Of a DNA stretch of 26,433 bases, positions 16,901 to 25,428 are shown one piece after another. The position numbers were made by a program, and so were the translations under genes. The DNA is taken from assembly GCA_965234725.1 (NCBI GenBank), contig CBDDUX010000025.1, forward strand, positions 1 through 26,433. Reading direction: 5' to 3'. The stretch is from Thermoplasmatota archaeon. Lineage in GTDB: Archaea; Thermoplasmatota; Penumbrarchaeia; Penumbrarchaeales; Penumbrarchaeaceae. Each line of letters begins with the position of its first letter. Position 1 is the stretch's first letter. The notes beneath the pieces were generated by a model. The model searched no databases. It saw nothing but the letters and a program-made list of their open reading frames with translations, and was not told the origin of the DNA.

Positions 16901-17861
16901 GGTCCGTTGGAATTGTTTCAGAGGGTGGTGAGAGAAAGCTTGACCAGATCTCGGGTCCGTCATTCTCTCCCCAGTAGTGGTAATTGTAGAATCCGTTGGT
17001 ATCGTTATCCTCGAAAACAGCGTCAAGGTCCTCGTAGAATATCGGAATGGGTGCAGGTTCAATGGATCCATCGGTATGGATAATCTCCCACATTGCAAAG
17101 GGGAGATCTCCTACCAGAATAGCTCCTATTATACTCTCATTCTCCCAAAGAGAGATGAGGTCCTGCCTAACCGCCTCTGGAGTGTTCCATGAATCTGATA
17201 TCTCGATGAACTCCACTTCGTTTTCTGCCTGGATGTCCGAGTAATACCTGTCCAGATTATTCCTCACGATGGACAACACATTATCATCTACGAGAACTGC
17301 GACCTTTGATTCAATGTATACCTTTGTCCATAATTGGAAATCAAGAGAATTCCCATTTTCGTCTTGTCCTTGGATGTTAATCCTAAGTAGGACACCATCA
17401 TCCCCGTTCATGAATGCGGTTTTGGCCATATCCTTGGATATCTCGATGGATAACTGACCTTCGGCCTTCTCACCACCAGCTACTTTGACTTTACTGAAGT
17501 CAGGATATTCCGTACCATAGATGATCTCCCTGCACAGAGAATAATAGGTCACCGAAGTCGAAACCAATGAAACGTCGATCCCGACGAATTCTTCTACTGA
17601 AAAATTGAATTGAAAATAACCCCCAGGGGAGCAGGAATGTTCATCTCCAAAATCCTTGATATCGATCACAGCCTCATCGACTGATCTTCGATAAGGAATC
17701 CTGGATGCCCCAATAGCCGTGCTTGTTGAATCCACATATCCGTTACTTCCAATTCCACTAGCTCTAATTTCGGAGATAACAGAATAGGAGGAAAAAACAA
17801 TAAGAATAAGGAGCCAGATTGAAAGCAATTTTGATGCGGCCTCGAATATGTTTCTCCTCAT
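13953..17861 (-). CDS. Membrane-anchored C25 (gingipain-like) cysteine peptidase with inserted PA14 domain, Ig-like repeats, SbsA-type Ig and Fn3
   Basis: Signal peptide; GAILVGDLP, FYEDLD and PEIW; His (WSHSG) and Cys (IWGCHAG); LFGDP; PA14-like GLRATFY...FSIKWEG...GWHDIKVSYRE...IRLCW; FSxDGxxWxxW Ig repeats; Fn3 LQWSEPxxxGDQPIIGYRIER...YLYRVVAYN; C-terminal TM. Confidence 0.8.
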   Translation of the reverse strand: MRRNIFEAASKLLSIWLLILIVFSSYSVISEIRASGIGSNGYVDSTSTAIGASRIPYRRSVDEAVIDIKDFGDEHSCSPGGYFQFNFSVEEFVGIDVSLVSTSVTYYSLCREIIYGTEYPDFSKVKVAGGEKAEGQLSIEISKDMAKTAFMNGDDGVLLRINIQGQDENGNSLDFQLWTKVYIESKVAVLVDDNVLSIVRNNLDRYYSDIQAENEVEFIEISDSWNTPEAVRQDLISLWENESIIGAILVGDLPFAMWEIIHTDGSIEPAPIPIFYEDLDAVFEDNDTNGFYNYHYWGENDGPEIWSSFLSPPSETIPTDHLRPSGSSSSGGLRATFYGDNNFQNQVLTRTGETIEYYFTLKDPPSPVPDDFFSIKWEGQVLIDRDDSYILEILYGGGVIIEVDGDKLFNDATSPPWSQKSERINIDLTKGWHDIKVSYRENGWGDNKGYIRLCWRSPTLVGDMLNKWFEKDHSYHTGEMDHPEEGLLFMDYCYGLQSNMMGSIKKDNLKPLYGDHLDCGGGEATTNATEYIEYLDKGHEITSIWSHSGGGNHQFQVDPDSGAEVTGANSYMIKDTKGSVVTLIWGCHAGDFAGSSYWLSASKTENLVVNYAFNTDYGLAALGCTRSYGTTFNTVYHDWKDGSYLGMGYFHYKDVGYDKELRMSEPHPLGEKMWIEDEVLFGDPFIRVDHFPKDPRVDIEEGSRFISDNTINVTIESEGALEMMFEYQGHQVGWMPFNSSTILTIDPIDGILEVQVFTRNGYGQSRMSGSDRIYIESTIPEILDFTINGGETITNNATVLLEMDLSDDLSGLDGMCFSNDGQNWSDWEECKNQKYWELGQGDGWKTVLLKVRDAVGNYVTDHRSIKIDQTGPRIWTDVLGHTGENGWYITDVAISFYSIDNDISNIMVRNDQGDWEIFEDIMYIFEDGTFSFQYYGIDDLGNVGTTNEITLNIDRTDPEIHNMTIEDNLLITNRSEIVLSINAQDPISGIDSMCFSRDGFEWGEWIEYNTTHIFNIDDDDGHKEIYLQIKDKAGNIGILSEPSVIELDATAPIFLGSSPENGETVDKNNTVSLFFSERIDKETLQVEVKDTSGKDVEVSIEMKYTARVDILFPLEGYLEYHVRIHGTLCDLAGNMLGDDITFNFTVTGSPPDMPLDLTTTLVAKGVLLQWSEPANTGDQPIIGYRIERKSGGPGWEEIGNTSDIHFFDENLSPGNEYLYRVVAYNGFEDSEPSFDISIVIPSEQMDDNDENNEDDDLEKENSGKDPSLSIWLIIVMISISVLVVLLISFLIASRSKDDSFEE

Positions 17862-18038
17862 AACGATAAAAAATTGCGTTATTTGATATTTATATATTTT
17901 AGTGTAGATATGTAATGACCTGATTTGATATATTTATCTTCTAAATTGAGATGTATGGCAGATAATAGAAATATGGGAAAGACTTAAATACTTCTTTTCC
18001 AAAAAATTTTATGTTCAAATAGTTAATATGAAATAATC

Positions 18039-18854
18039 TTACATTAGCTCCCCTTTCAGAGAAACCATCTCCTTGATCAAAGGGACCTCCTTACCGGACA
18101 GCTTGATGGCCTCTTCCGCGATCCTTAACATTCCCCCGCAACATGGTACCTCCATAATTGCAACAGTTAGTGATTTGATCCTGTTCTGCTTCAGGATCTC
18201 CGAGAGCTTTTCAATGTAAGCTCCGGCATCATCCAGTTTAGGACATCCCATGGCAACTGTCTTTCCGTGGATCAATTGTGAATGGAGGTTGGGATTTGCT
18301 GCTGCAACACAATCCGCAAGCAGAAGAAGATGAGAATTATCGAAAAATGGGGCTTTGGGATGGAGAAGATGTATCTGGACAGGCCATTGTCTGAGCTCTG
18401 TTGTCCTGATCCCATTTCCTGAAGATCCAGCATCCGAGTCCTCTATCTCCAGCTTCTTCATCTCTGTTCCAGGACATCCGCATGGAAGGTTCTCTTCGAT
18501 CTCAGGGACCTCGATCTTATTATCCTTCAGGACCTCAACAGCTTCATTGAAATATTTCGTCTGGCCATGGTCCTTGAGATGTTTCAAATGGGCTTTAATA
18601 ACATTTGGTCCACCTTTGATGATATTCTCCATTGTCAGTTTCTCGCTGTACTCCTGTCCTTCCCTCTCGATTGTTGAGATCGCACCCTCAGGACAGGTCC
18701 CGATACAGGCTCCCAGACCGTCGCAGAAAATGTCAGAGATGAGATGGGCCTTACCATCGATTATCTGAAGGGCTCCTTCGGGACAGTCAGGGATGCAGAT
18801 ACCGCAGCCGTTACACTTTTCGTGGTCGATATTGATTATCTGTCTCAGGACCAT
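18039..18854 (-). CDS. 2x[4Fe-4S] ferredoxin-domain iron-sulfur protein
   Basis: CNGCGICIPDCP and CDGLGACIGTCP, plus CGCPG, WPVQIHL, ADCVA, GCPKLD and MEVPCCGG, typical of a widespread anaerobe Fe-S protein family; RBS AAGGTG. Confidence 0.9.
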   Translation of the reverse strand: MVLRQIINIDHEKCNGCGICIPDCPEGALQIIDGKAHLISDIFCDGLGACIGTCPEGAISTIEREGQEYSEKLTMENIIKGGPNVIKAHLKHLKDHGQTKYFNEAVEVLKDNKIEVPEIEENLPCGCPGTEMKKLEIEDSDAGSSGNGIRTTELRQWPVQIHLLHPKAPFFDNSHLLLLADCVAAANPNLHSQLIHGKTVAMGCPKLDDAGAYIEKLSEILKQNRIKSLTVAIMEVPCCGGMLRIAEEAIKLSGKEVPLIKEMVSLKGELM

Positions 18855-18910
18855 ATGAACACCTTGCTATCTTTTAGATACCAAGTGATTCTTGATATTA
18901 ATAGTAGGAA

Positions 18911-18926
18911 GTATCCAAATGGATAC
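18911..18926. promoter_or_regulatory. Palindromic operator upstream of the Fe-S gene promoter
   Basis: GTATCCA-aa-TGGATAC, just upstream (minus sense) of the TATA-like TATTAATA at ~18897-18904. Confidence 0.5.
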
Positions 18927-18984
18927 CTGTCCTTAATTAGAAAAAAAACTACACTTATTGGAATTTAAGACCTATCCGATCATA

Positions 18985-20688
18985 TCAAGACATGTTCGAG
19001 CCGTTTCCAGGAAAGAAGACCATTATCATTGTTCCTTCCTTGTAGTTACCCTTCATGCGGTCCTCGAACCAGATCCTTCCCCCGTATCTCTCTATGATGC
19101 CCTTTACCAGAGAAAGACCCAATCCCTTTCCAGGTACACATTCTGTATCGTTCGTCTTCCCACCCAGGACCCTTTCCTTTAGGTCATCAGGTACTCCCTT
19201 TCCATTATCGGTCATTTTCAGCAGGTAACCAGCATTCTCATCGAACTTCCAGTTACTTATCTCAAGTTGTATCTCTACAGTTGGAAGGTCTCCACCAGAA
19301 ATGCTGTTCCTGAAGAGGTTTGTCAGAAGTTCGTCTATCAGCTCATCACATTTGACCAGAACGGGTCCTTCCCTTGCTTCAAGTTCCATTTTCACCATTT
19401 TATGGGGGAACTCACGTTTCACATCATCGAAATTGGAATTGATCCTCTCCTTTAGGTCTGCCATACTGAGATCTTCTTCTGACCTCTGGACCCTGGAGAG
19501 GCCTTTTACCTTCTTGATCATCTGATTGGACCTATCTATAGCATCTTTACTTCTCTTCACAAAATCTCTGAGTGGATCGTTTTCCTTCATCCTGTCATCG
19601 AGTATACTCAAAAATCCCATGATGGCCGTATTGATGTTAGCAATATCATGAGAAAGGACATCCATGTAAAGATCGGTCTCCGCCTTTGACTTCTTCAGTT
19701 TCTCTTCCAGATTGAGACGTGATGTGATATCCCTTCTTACACCCTTCACTCCTTTGATCTTGTTATCCTTGGAAATCAGGACCATGGATACCTCGTAAAG
19801 TTTTTCCTCTTCCCCGATCCATCTTCTTTCCACCCCCATTACGGATCCGCTCCGAAGGACCTCCTTTAACATTCTGAATAGCTGGATGTCCTCGAAGCTC
19901 TTCTGCATCGGTAACCCGATCTCCACATTGTTTCCGGACTGTCTTTGGAAACTGGGATTTATAAGGGATAATCTGGCGTTCTGATAGAAGACCACTGTAA
20001 GGCCCTCAAGATCTCTTGACTTCTCTATGGGTTCTGGCAGGTCTGCCTGGAAGATCCCCTCATCCACATTTTCCAAGATATCCAGTGTCCTCTCCCTTTC
20101 CTGACTGATCTCATGGTTAAGGAATGAGTTTACGATCGCCAGTGAGATATTGGCCCCCATGAACTCGAGAAGCTTCAGGTCCCTCTCAGAGAAATGTCCT
20201 GGATTCTCACTTATTAGGGCGATAATTCCTACAACCTCACCTTCAGCGGTCACGGGAGTCACAGCAGCACTACGGTATCTCAGGATCTGGACCACCCCTT
20301 TGGTGGACCTCTGGTCCTGAACGGAGTCCCGTATTATCATTCCTTCACCTGTCTCCGCAACCACACCAGTGACATGGGATCCAAGGTGGATCTTCTGGTA
20401 CTTGATAGCATATGATCTATCAAGGTTATAAGTAGCCCGCAGAGTGATCTCCTTGGACTCCTTTTCCATGAAATATATGGCTCCCCCATCAGCTCCGAAA
20501 CCGTCACATAGTACATTCAGGACATTCGGCATTAGATCGTCTGGAGAAGTAAAGGAGCTGACAACCCTGGCAAGTTCTGTTCTTATCCTTAACTCCTGCC
20601 TTAGCCTGGATACCTCTTTCATGAGGTCAGTGACCTTTTTCTCCTCCATATTGGATTCGATCTCGGTCCCTTCGCCGTCACCTGTCAA
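18985..20688 (-). CDS. Cytoplasmic GAF-PAS sensor histidine kinase
   Basis: GAF (FGADGGAIY...HVTGVVAETGE...GEVVGII...FSERDLKLLE), PAS/PAC (GVRRDIT), H-box LSHDIAN, N-box LLTNLFRNS, G1 DNGKGV and G2 GKGLGLSLVK. Alternative start ATG 20649. Confidence 0.92.
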   Translation of the reverse strand: MTGDGEGTEIESNMEEKKVTDLMKEVSRLRQELRIRTELARVVSSFTSPDDLMPNVLNVLCDGFGADGGAIYFMEKESKEITLRATYNLDRSYAIKYQKIHLGSHVTGVVAETGEGMIIRDSVQDQRSTKGVVQILRYRSAAVTPVTAEGEVVGIIALISENPGHFSERDLKLLEFMGANISLAIVNSFLNHEISQERERTLDILENVDEGIFQADLPEPIEKSRDLEGLTVVFYQNARLSLINPSFQRQSGNNVEIGLPMQKSFEDIQLFRMLKEVLRSGSVMGVERRWIGEEEKLYEVSMVLISKDNKIKGVKGVRRDITSRLNLEEKLKKSKAETDLYMDVLSHDIANINTAIMGFLSILDDRMKENDPLRDFVKRSKDAIDRSNQMIKKVKGLSRVQRSEEDLSMADLKERINSNFDDVKREFPHKMVKMELEAREGPVLVKCDELIDELLTNLFRNSISGGDLPTVEIQLEISNWKFDENAGYLLKMTDNGKGVPDDLKERVLGGKTNDTECVPGKGLGLSLVKGIIERYGGRIWFEDRMKGNYKEGTMIMVFFPGNGSNMS

Positions 20689-20804
20689 GTAATCGAAGAG
20701 AGAACAACTATTACTTAATAATAATCCAATATGGATTGCAATCGATTAGTTTGTGTTCACAGTTCAACCAAAAACGATTAAACCATCCCCGACAATTATG
20801 TCCC

Positions 20805-22850
20805 ATGGAGCCGAAGGACTGGTTATCTTCGAGAAGGAGCAAAATGATAATTGCTGTAGCATTTGCCGCTCTTTTTATCGGAGCGGGGGGATTATTCCTC
20901 TTATTGAGGGGACCTCCTGCACGGAAGGGTGTCGTTTATGACCCGAGCATAGAGCTTCCCGCTGAATATGGAATCCTGGTGGAGCAGCCAGACGATAATG
21001 AGACAATGATGTTCTCAGCGATGCTTTCATCCCTTGCGGTAGATTCCCATGGCTCCTATCATCCGATGTTCATCCTCACGGAGGATGGATTCCTTGATGA
21101 GCACCAGCTGGATTCTATCGATAAAATGGGTATGGCTGATCTTCCATTCCTTCTTTTCACCGAAGATCCGTCAACTGAACCCCCTGCAGCCAGGCAGGTA
21201 AATAGGATCAGTGGGATCTATCCGATCAACGGGGAAATCCTTGCTGAGTTCATGGGTTTTTCCGATGTATTAACAGTTGCAACCTACGAAGAAGCACTGT
21301 GGGCATCTACCATAGCCAAGAAGGAGAACAAGGTTCTGGTCGAAGGACCCCAAACATACAGAAGCCAGGAGGATGCATGGTCTCATCTGAGATCCCTAGG
21401 TGTTCCTTTCGATTATGTTATGGTGGTGAATCCTCTCGATTACTCGGTGGAAGCGCTCGGAAGCTCACCTGGATATGATAGATTCGATGACCAGTTCCAC
21501 ATACCTGCCCTTTCTGCAGTTGCTGGTGAGGTCGCTGCTTACAGAGACGCATATGTTATGACCACATATACTCCTTCTCAGGAAGATATTGGTGATATGG
21601 ACCTTGTTTTAAATCAAAGGGCCATTGGATATCTACAGGAGCTAAGATCAAAGGTCGAGACATACGGGATCCCATCTTATGTTACACTTGTAGGCTCTGC
21701 ATCAGCTGTTCCACAGTTCCAACTTCCGGATCAGACGAATTCTGATCCAAACAATGTGGAAGGGGATCTCCTGGTTAGCTCAGATGTTGCTTACGGATTC
21801 CTCACCGATGACCTGTATTATATGGATTCTGCGGTAGGAAGGTTAGTAAACTTGAATGTCCAGGGTATGTCCAATCAGATCGTCAGGACATTCCTCTACA
21901 ACGATCATGAGGATGTAGTGTCAATTGATTACACAACTGGAACACAGCAGGTAGAATGGATGAACCACGGCACTTCCTTTTCTGGTTACGAGATCACATA
22001 TGAGAGAGGACAGGTAACTCCTGCAAGGTTCTGGTGCAAGGATGCAGTTGATGAGGGAATGACCTATGATTATATCGGACCCTCGAATTTCGGAAGGGAT
22101 ATCCTCCTGGGTGATGGTGTCGATCCAAAGGGACAAGAGGATATGAACAAAGCGTTGGAAGCTTCAGGTTTCATTGCTTATAGAGGACATGGCTCCGAGT
22201 ACGGATCACTGTACATGGTGCCCTATGTGGCTGGAGATGAAAGGGCCGTTCTTAGAGGCGAGGAGGTCGCAGGTCTCTTCCTTCCACCTCAGGTAGGTTT
22301 CTGGGTTGCTTGCATGAATGCAAAGATCCATGGTGCAGGTTGGTGGAAACCTGCAGAGCCCATAGAGGTAGAGAAGACCTTTGCCCTGAACTATCTTTAC
22401 GGTGGAGCTGTGATAGCTGGCGGAGCTACTGAAGTGAGCTTTTCCAATATCGCTCAGGATGCAACATCCGCTCCGGAAGAGTTCCTTCCTGGTTTGATCA
22501 ACCCTAATTGGGGTGATGATAATTACGAATGGGACTTGAACGATGCATGGTTCGCCTTCTTTTGGGATGGTCTGCTCAATAATGAGGAACTTTACGGAAC
22601 TGCAGGTGAAGCATTGAGGTGGGCCGAGAACCGATATATCCATAACCCCATAAGAGACACACCAGTGAGTCCTTTCGTTCAGGACCTGGACAATCCGGAT
22701 TGGCAGGGAGGTCTTCTGGGAGCTCACTGGAAAGAAGTATCCATGTTCGCCATGTATGGTGACCCGGCATTTTCACCTGCGGCCAATAGACCTGGTGAGA
22801 ACTCTTACAGACCTTGGACAAATGGTCCAGATGATACAGGAAACGCTTGA
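20805..22850 (+). CDS. N-terminally anchored C25 (gingipain-like) cysteine peptidase
   Basis: Signal-anchor IIAVAFAALFIGAGGLFLLL; YVTLVGS, SDVAYG and AVGRL; catalytic-type YRGHG (His) and WVACMN (Cys); GGAVIAGGAT; MYGDPA. ATG 20805 is preferred over TTG 20736. Confidence 0.82.
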   Translation: MEPKDWLSSRRSKMIIAVAFAALFIGAGGLFLLLRGPPARKGVVYDPSIELPAEYGILVEQPDDNETMMFSAMLSSLAVDSHGSYHPMFILTEDGFLDEHQLDSIDKMGMADLPFLLFTEDPSTEPPAARQVNRISGIYPINGEILAEFMGFSDVLTVATYEEALWASTIAKKENKVLVEGPQTYRSQEDAWSHLRSLGVPFDYVMVVNPLDYSVEALGSSPGYDRFDDQFHIPALSAVAGEVAAYRDAYVMTTYTPSQEDIGDMDLVLNQRAIGYLQELRSKVETYGIPSYVTLVGSASAVPQFQLPDQTNSDPNNVEGDLLVSSDVAYGFLTDDLYYMDSAVGRLVNLNVQGMSNQIVRTFLYNDHEDVVSIDYTTGTQQVEWMNHGTSFSGYEITYERGQVTPARFWCKDAVDEGMTYDYIGPSNFGRDILLGDGVDPKGQEDMNKALEASGFIAYRGHGSEYGSLYMVPYVAGDERAVLRGEEVAGLFLPPQVGFWVACMNAKIHGAGWWKPAEPIEVEKTFALNYLYGGAVIAGGATEVSFSNIAQDATSAPEEFLPGLINPNWGDDNYEWDLNDAWFAFFWDGLLNNEELYGTAGEALRWAENRYIHNPIRDTPVSPFVQDLDNPDWQGGLLGAHWKEVSMFAMYGDPAFSPAANRPGENSYRPWTNGPDDTGNA

Positions 22851-22863
22851 AAGTTTGAATACA

Positions 22864-23286
22864 TCATGGTTCCTTCAATTCAAGATGACCTTTCTCCCTT
22901 ACAAGTATAACAGGGATACCTTTCTCCAGCAGTTTGTTCCTTAATCGCTTATCATTCGTTACAACAGGCCATCCTTTGCTCAGTGCCAGGTTGAAGATTG
23001 GAGCATCTCCTCTTCCCTTGATATCCACGTTTACATACCGCCGCGAAAGTTCAAGGGCTGCTTTTATCCTCCAATCATTCCCCTTCCTGGAAAGAAGTTC
23101 AAGCTCCCTTACCACGGAGGTTGGAACAACAGGTTGTCTCTCCGGAACAACAATCGATAGTTCATGATCTAGATTCATACCCACCTGGAAAGGTGCCATC
23201 AATGCATTTACATCCAGTATGGCCGGTGAGAAATCTACCTCATCGGGTGACATGACCGACGGGGTTGATTTACCTCGTCCTTTCAT
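22864..23286 (-). CDS. PIN-domain ribonuclease (Fcf1/Utp24-like archaeal family)
   Basis: ILDVNAL, VVRELE, GDAPI and VVTNDKRL acidic tetrad; conserved position after eif2g. ATG 23286 with RBS AGGTG is preferred over TTG 23301. Confidence 0.88.
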   Translation of the reverse strand: MKGRGKSTPSVMSPDEVDFSPAILDVNALMAPFQVGMNLDHELSIVVPERQPVVPTSVVRELELLSRKGNDWRIKAALELSRRYVNVDIKGRGDAPIFNLALSKGWPVVTNDKRLRNKLLEKGIPVILVREKGHLELKEP

Positions 23287-23297
23287 TTGAACACCTA

Positions 23298-24536
23298 TCA
23301 ATCGATGATCCCGTAGCCTATCAACCTGAACTTGTTGCCTACTCTTCTGCTTATGGCAACCCTCTGTCCTTTATCAGCGCATACGGGCATCTTGAGGTTC
23401 ATTTCAACCCTGTTTCCCTGCGGAGAGGTGACTATACCAACAGTGGTTGCAGTCCCAATATTGAGCATAAGGACCTCATTGGTTCTGATCTTTTCGACCT
23501 TGACCTCTTTATCTAAACCCGCAAGGAAGTCCATTAAATTCGTTTCAAGGGTCAGTTTCTCAACGACCTCAGGTAATGTTCCTGGAAGCCCCACAACAGC
23601 TCCTATCAGGGAATCCGATTTCGTCAAATTGGGATCAAGGTTCGTCCCAACAGCGGCAAGGCCCCCGGGTTTTAGGACATCTCTAACCATCCCACCGGCC
23701 ATAATGGATGTTACCGTGGTTTTTATTGGAGTGAATATAAATTTGGAAGAACCCTTCTCCTCTGTCTTTATCCCGGGTCTGATCTCTATCTCTGTTCCCT
23801 TTTCTACACTACCCTGAAGAAGACTTCCACCAAGGACACCGCCATTGAGCTCCTTGTAATTGGTTCCTGGTCTATTGACATCAAAGGACCTGGCTATATA
23901 CATTCTGAGGGGGAGTTCCATCCGCTCATGCTTGCTCTTTATCCTTTCTTGAATAACTCCAATAAGCATATCCAAGTTTGCTCCATGGTGTGCGGATACT
24001 GGTATTATTGGAGCATTCTCAGCTACTGTCCCCTTGACAAAGTCCTTGATCTGTTGATAGTTCTTCATGGCACCTTCGCTTGTAACGAGATCGATCTTTG
24101 TCTGGACAATTATCACATTATCGATCCCGATGAAATCAAGTGCCATCAGGTGTTCCCTGGTTTGAGGTTGAGGGCACTTCTCGTTGGCAGCGATCAGCAG
24201 GAGTGCTCCGTCCATTATCGCGGCACCGGAAAGCATTGTTGCCATCAACGTCTCATGCCCTGGTGCATCAACGAATGATACGGATCGAACATATTCGCAT
24301 TTTCCTCCGCATTTGGAGCATTTGGTTGATGTCGAGAAACATGCTGGCTCTTCGCAACTGGTGCATTTGAAGATCTCAGCATCGGCGTAACCCAGCTTTA
24401 TTGTTATACCTCTCTTTATCTCCTCAGAATGGGTATCAGCCCATACTCCGGATAATGCCTCTGTGAGTGTAGTCTTTCCATGGTCAACATGTCCTACTAG
24501 TCCGATGTTCACCTCTGGCTGGGTCTTGACCTTCAT
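23298..24536 (-). CDS. eif2g: Translation initiation factor 2 gamma subunit
   Basis: [28 protein letters not shown], Zn knuckle [42 protein letters not shown] and RLIGYG. Confidence 0.99.
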   Translation of the reverse strand: MKVKTQPEVNIGLVGHVDHGKTTLTEALSGVWADTHSEEIKRGITIKLGYADAEIFKCTSCEEPACFSTSTKCSKCGGKCEYVRSVSFVDAPGHETLMATMLSGAAIMDGALLLIAANEKCPQPQTREHLMALDFIGIDNVIIVQTKIDLVTSEGAMKNYQQIKDFVKGTVAENAPIIPVSAHHGANLDMLIGVIQERIKSKHERMELPLRMYIARSFDVNRPGTNYKELNGGVLGGSLLQGSVEKGTEIEIRPGIKTEEKGSSKFIFTPIKTTVTSIMAGGMVRDVLKPGGLAAVGTNLDPNLTKSDSLIGAVVGLPGTLPEVVEKLTLETNLMDFLAGLDKEVKVEKIRTNEVLMLNIGTATTVGIVTSPQGNRVEMNLKMPVCADKGQRVAISRRVGNKFRLIGYGIID

Positions 24537-24928
24537 TTGGTTTCCTCTTCCTGTTTAAGCTGCTCTTCGATTGCCCTGGGGCCGTAAGAGGTCACCTTCA
24601 TATTGATTTGGACAATATCTGCGGATATTGTATTGCCTCTTACGAATTTCCTTCTTCTCTGGCCATCTGTCTTCGGGTGGAATCCTATCCCACCTGAAAG
24701 GACTATTTTCTTTCTCAATTGACCAGGAAGGTCCCGTCTCATCGGAAATCCATCCTTGTCCGCTCCACCTGTGATCTTCAGCTTGTAACCCGGAAGTGTG
24801 ACGAAGAGGCCATCGAACTCATCCCCTATTCTCATTCCGAGAAGTCTGTTGGCATGCTGACCGCCCACAACAGTATTGTAACTCTTTCCATTCTTGATAT
24901 CAGCGATCACGGCCTTGAACTCTACCAT
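24533..24928 (-). CDS. rps6e: 30S ribosomal protein S6e
   Basis: [28 protein letters not shown] and [11 protein letters not shown]; directly upstream of eif2g with a 4-nt overlap; RBS GAGGTGA. Confidence 0.98.
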   Translation of the reverse strand: MVEFKAVIADIKNGKSYNTVVGGQHANRLLGMRIGDEFDGLFVTLPGYKLKITGGADKDGFPMRRDLPGQLRKKIVLSGGIGFHPKTDGQRRRKFVRGNTISADIVQINMKVTSYGPRAIEEQLKQEEETK

Positions 24929-24960
24929 TGGTTCTCACCTCTCCCTATCATCCAAAGAGA

Positions 24961-25191
24961 TCAGATCTCTAGGATATTCTTTGCAATTTCCTTTCTTACT
25001 TCATCGTCCATAGGGATGGTAACCGAGTTCTTGTATCTCTTGTTATCATCATTGGTGAAATATCCTCTGGAAATTGATATGAATTCCGTCTGGCCACCAT
25101 TACCCAGGACCGCTCTTTTCCTAGCTATCTCAATGAAGTTATTCTTCCCAAAGGGAACGTTCTTAAACTCGATGGTTTCAAAATCAACCAT
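24961..25191 (-). CDS. Small hypothetical protein (76 aa), possibly PC4/PUR-like nucleic-acid-binding fold
   Basis: RBS GGAGG; first gene of the rps6e run; beta-rich pattern NNFIEIARK...EFISISRGYF...RYKNSVTIP followed by a C-terminal helix. Confidence 0.75.
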   Translation of the reverse strand: MVDFETIEFKNVPFGKNNFIEIARKRAVLGNGGQTEFISISRGYFTNDDNKRYKNSVTIPMDDEVRKEIAKNILEI

Positions 25192-25428
25192 TATCTTTCC
25201 TCCAGCGAAGTGAGGGGAGTATCAAGTTTCCCTATATAACATTTTGTTCCAACCAACTATTGACTATGAAAGTTCTTGAGCCTACCCATCGTTGTAACCT
25301 GTCCAACAATGTTTATATCTGGATGCTACTTTCCACCCTGCAACTTAGACTCGGCGCAGGTGGGGGAAAGAATAATCTAGGTTGCAATGATACATGTATC
25401 AGTTAGTTTCCCATCAGGGGTGAACGGT

